Shown here: in pieces, positions 60,865 to 64,000 of the stretch | Layout of the letters: each line of letters opens with the position of its first letter | How positions within the stretch are numbered: position 1 is the first letter of the stretch | NCBI GenBank assembly: GCA_040285825.1 | Contig: JAUPSS010000004.1 | Span: 1,240,001-1,304,000, forward strand | Reading direction: 5' to 3' | DNA: 64,000 bases | From: Eukaryota sp. TZLM1-RC | Lineage: Eukaryota > Protista > Metamonada: BaSk clade | The notes under the pieces: generated by a model | What the model was told of the DNA's origin: nothing | Database searches by the model: none | Seen by the model: the letters and a program-made list of their open reading frames with translations, nothing else | Position numbers and translations under genes: made by a program

Positions 60865-61510
60865 TTGCGTTTTCGTTGTTTTCTATGGCCAAACAATTTG
60901 TCCAATCATTTAACATGTAATTGTGGTAAACCTCTTTTGTTTACTCATCTTTTGAACTGTAAACATTTTATTACATTTAGAAGCAAAGTGCATAATAATG
61001 TCAGGGACCAAATTTATGTAATGTTTGTTAATTGGTATTTTTACTATTTTGGACGCCATGTCCATTGACCCTTGTTATTCTTCTCAAGAACATTTCATTA
61101 ATTCAGATATAAATAATCCTCTTCTTGCTGGCGAAAAATATAAATTTGCTAAATATGCGAAACCCATTTGCTCGGTTAATGAAAATTCTCATGCCCAATA
61201 TAATTTATGTCCCTTTGTTTTTCCTTGCTTGGATCTCTAGGTAAGGCTGCAATGGCTTTCCTTGAAATTTTTGATGAAGGTTTAAAGGAAGGAACTGAAA
61301 GAATTTTCAATCGTGTTAACTGGCAAAACAGGATTGTATTTTCTATTTTTAAGAAAATGTTGAAATTCAATTCTGGTTCACTCTCTTCTTTTGGGAAATT
61401 TTCTGAATCTTTAGCAATTAATTGTTTTGATGTAGGAGAGGCACGTATTGAGGATGTTGAGTTTTAGTTGCATATTTCATAATTTGTTATTCCTAATTAA
61501 ATAAATTAAA
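60865..61510 (+). mobile_element. RLE 3' fragment (family EDVEF)
   Basis: CNCG...HLLNC...GEKYKFAKY...EDVEF. Confidence 0.85.
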
Positions 61511-61909
61511 TTTGATTAAAAAAAATTTCAGTTATAACATCAGAACAATTTCTAATTTTATGACCAATCTTGCCATGTTTTGAGCAGGTTTGCCTTCTTT
61601 TTTGTATTTTTTTAGGTGAAACATTACGAGCATTACGAAAAAGCGAAGATTCATTTTTTTTTAACTAATTTGGTAACGTGTTTTTGGCAAAATGATTTTC
61701 ACAGGAAGATTCATTAGTTTTAAATATTTGTTTTGCAGATCTGACATTGTTTACAAAACGCACAACTGAACGTGAAGAACGAACAGGAAGCTTTTTTATA
61801 GTTAAATTGAAACTGTTACTTTTATTAAACTTACACACTTGACCAAATTAACTTATGACAATGGGATTTTATTAAACATTTCCAAATGTTGATTGATTGG
61901 TAGAGACCA

Positions 61910-62880
61910 AATTGAGATTGAAGGTGGCAAAAATCAATTAAGTTTGATTGATAGTGTTTATGAAAGTTTGCAAGTTGTACATGAGGAAGAGTCTTCAATT
62001 GAATCAGAAAATCAATCAGTTGACCAGTCAAAAACTGCTGATTATGATCTTGATGATGATTTCGAACCTGTATCAGATGATTAATCTCCTAGTTTCTTTA
62101 AGTTCATTTTGTATTTTAAATCTAGTTTTTTTTAGTTTTTCTATAAATGTAATTATTTGTGCATGATATTTTAATAAAATTAATTCCATGTTTTTATTTT
62201 CTATATTCGATCACTTTTGATGTTGAGCCAAGAGGTTTTGTTATGAAAATCATTATCCACTTCACAACAAAGTTAATTAATTTTTCTCATTTATTTTCTG
62301 TGCTGTTTCACTTTGATTACAAGTGAATAGCATTATCAAAGTCAATAATATTGATTTTATGACTTTATGAATAAATAAGAATACATCTGTTTACACCAAA
62401 CGATTTTCTAAAATTATGAATGTCAGCTAGAAGCATAACTTTGAATTCCGGAATTTCAAAATGAAAAGTTAGAATTTAAAGGTAAGGCTAGAAGTTGTTG
62501 ACGTTTGAAAGAAAAATACCTCAAATACACTAGGTAAACAAATTTTCACTAGAAAGACTTTTTCCTGTGCTCTTCAAAGCCACACTTGTTTCAATCAAAT
62601 CCTTATTAGCTGGATATTAAATCCATCATGGAAAACCAAATATTAACTAAGCGTCAATTCTTGATGAGTCAGATTTAACTAAACCTAGGTTTACATTATT
62701 TGTTGGAGAATCTGTTAGACGATATTGCAAAAAGGATCTCTTTACGCCTCATTAATTGAATAAAGTTTAAATAGGGTAAACAAGTTTGTTGCGGGATGCT
62801 TGCAGGAAGTCTGCCATCATTATCATTTGCTTGAAATTTGGTAATTTGATTTCTAGAGGAGGAATTTGTCATAGACAACT
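61910..62880 (+). repeat. Segmental duplicate of about 27700-29050 with a single 75-bp repeat unit
   Basis: IDSVYESLQVVHEE...DYDLDDDF, 3' UTR and opposite-strand LRR remnant are all conserved. Confidence 0.85.
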
Positions 62881-62889
62881 AAACATAAT

Positions 62890-64000
62890 AATTATTGAAC
62901 ATGCACACTTAATAAAATTAATTAATAATCAATAGGACGAAAACCATTGAACCAAAATTTCCTCTACAAAATCTTGATCTGCTTGCTGTCTAGCTAAAGC
63001 TTTTCTAATTCGATTGAACAACCGAGGTAATCTATTAATAATGGCAAATTGAATCCGAGAGCGCCAAAAAAATCAAATCTATTCATTGTTGCTTCTTGAA
63101 CCATTTTTTGGAAATCATTCAAAAAGGTTCCTGCTTCTACTGATAGTCTTCCGTTTATCGAAAATGGGAAAACAATAAAAACAAGTTGTGTATTTCTATC
63201 AGCATTAGCCTCTGTGATATCTTTGTCATTCTTTCTATATTTTCTTCATCTTTAAATTCAAGAGCACTTACAGGATTAAGTTTTCTTCTTTGAACCAAAG
63301 TGTTGTTCGCAACCTTACAGGAGACAAAGTCAACGCAGCTTCAGAGTTCTTAATCAAATCACAGTATATATCACCTCTATCATCAAAACCAAAACTATTC
63401 AATAACAGTTTTTTCTTCAGCAGAGGCTCTTTGATACACGAAATTCTTGCAGTTTGTACCATATAGAAAACAGTGTCTCTAACAGCATCATGTAATGAAG
63501 AATGATAACTTATTTATTTCGAACAATTCATGGCATGACGCAAAGTGAGCTGTGGTGAAATCGAACAAATACATTTTTTTTGATAATAATTGATTAATGG
63601 GGATATACAAATATAATCTCATTTTTGTTACAAATGCTTCATTAGTGGCACACAATCCAAATCTTCGTGGTACAATGGTTACAAAAAGTGAAGAATCTGA
63701 TGACTTATTTTCAGAAACACCCTTTTCCAATAACAATGAGTGAAGATCGTGATTTGAAACAGCCGAGCTGCATATATTATTATAAAGATCATTTTCATAC
63801 ATTCCAGTCAATTGCTTCTGTAATGTTCGAAGAGTGTATTTTAAATTTAAAAGATTCTTTTCTGGAATATTGCCATTGAATGATTGGAGAAAGCAATGAG
63901 TTCATTTTTCTACATCAATTTGTGCAATTTTTTCATTTAATACAAAAACAGTGGAACTTTGCGTTGTCATTAATAAATCTTACTAATCTGCAAATCTTTC
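62890..64000 (-). mobile_element. Degenerate EILVQ-family RLE retrotransposon copy
   Basis: Inverted homologue of about 55970-57090, running off the window end. Confidence 0.85.

Overview
AT-rich, apparently intron-poor eukaryotic (protist-like) DNA dominated by mobile-element debris. It holds two chromodomain-type Ty3/Gypsy families (one with LTRs of only 78-91 bp), three DD34E IS630/Tc1 transposase copies, and more than 25 truncated CRE/SLACS-like RLE non-LTR retrotransposon fragments. Host-type genes include a WD40 protein, a Ubc7/Cdc34-type E2, RCC1-LRR paralogues, Sel1 fragments, an acidic 75-bp-repeat protein, two ADP-ribosyltransferase-like genes (one RING-fused), tRNA-Lys(TTT) and two intron-containing tRNA-Glu(TTC)-like genes. 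The standout is a near-intact Fanzor1 (eukaryotic TnpB-like RNA-guided nuclease, 36508-38485, minus). Behind it lies about 270 nt of stacked hairpins (putative omegaRNA) ending 19 nt before the E2 start codon. Two more decayed Fanzor copies are present, and one keeps hairpins that share an 11-nt motif with the main RNA. All calls come from reading motifs and base-pairing by eye. No searches were run, and boundaries of degraded fragments are approximate.
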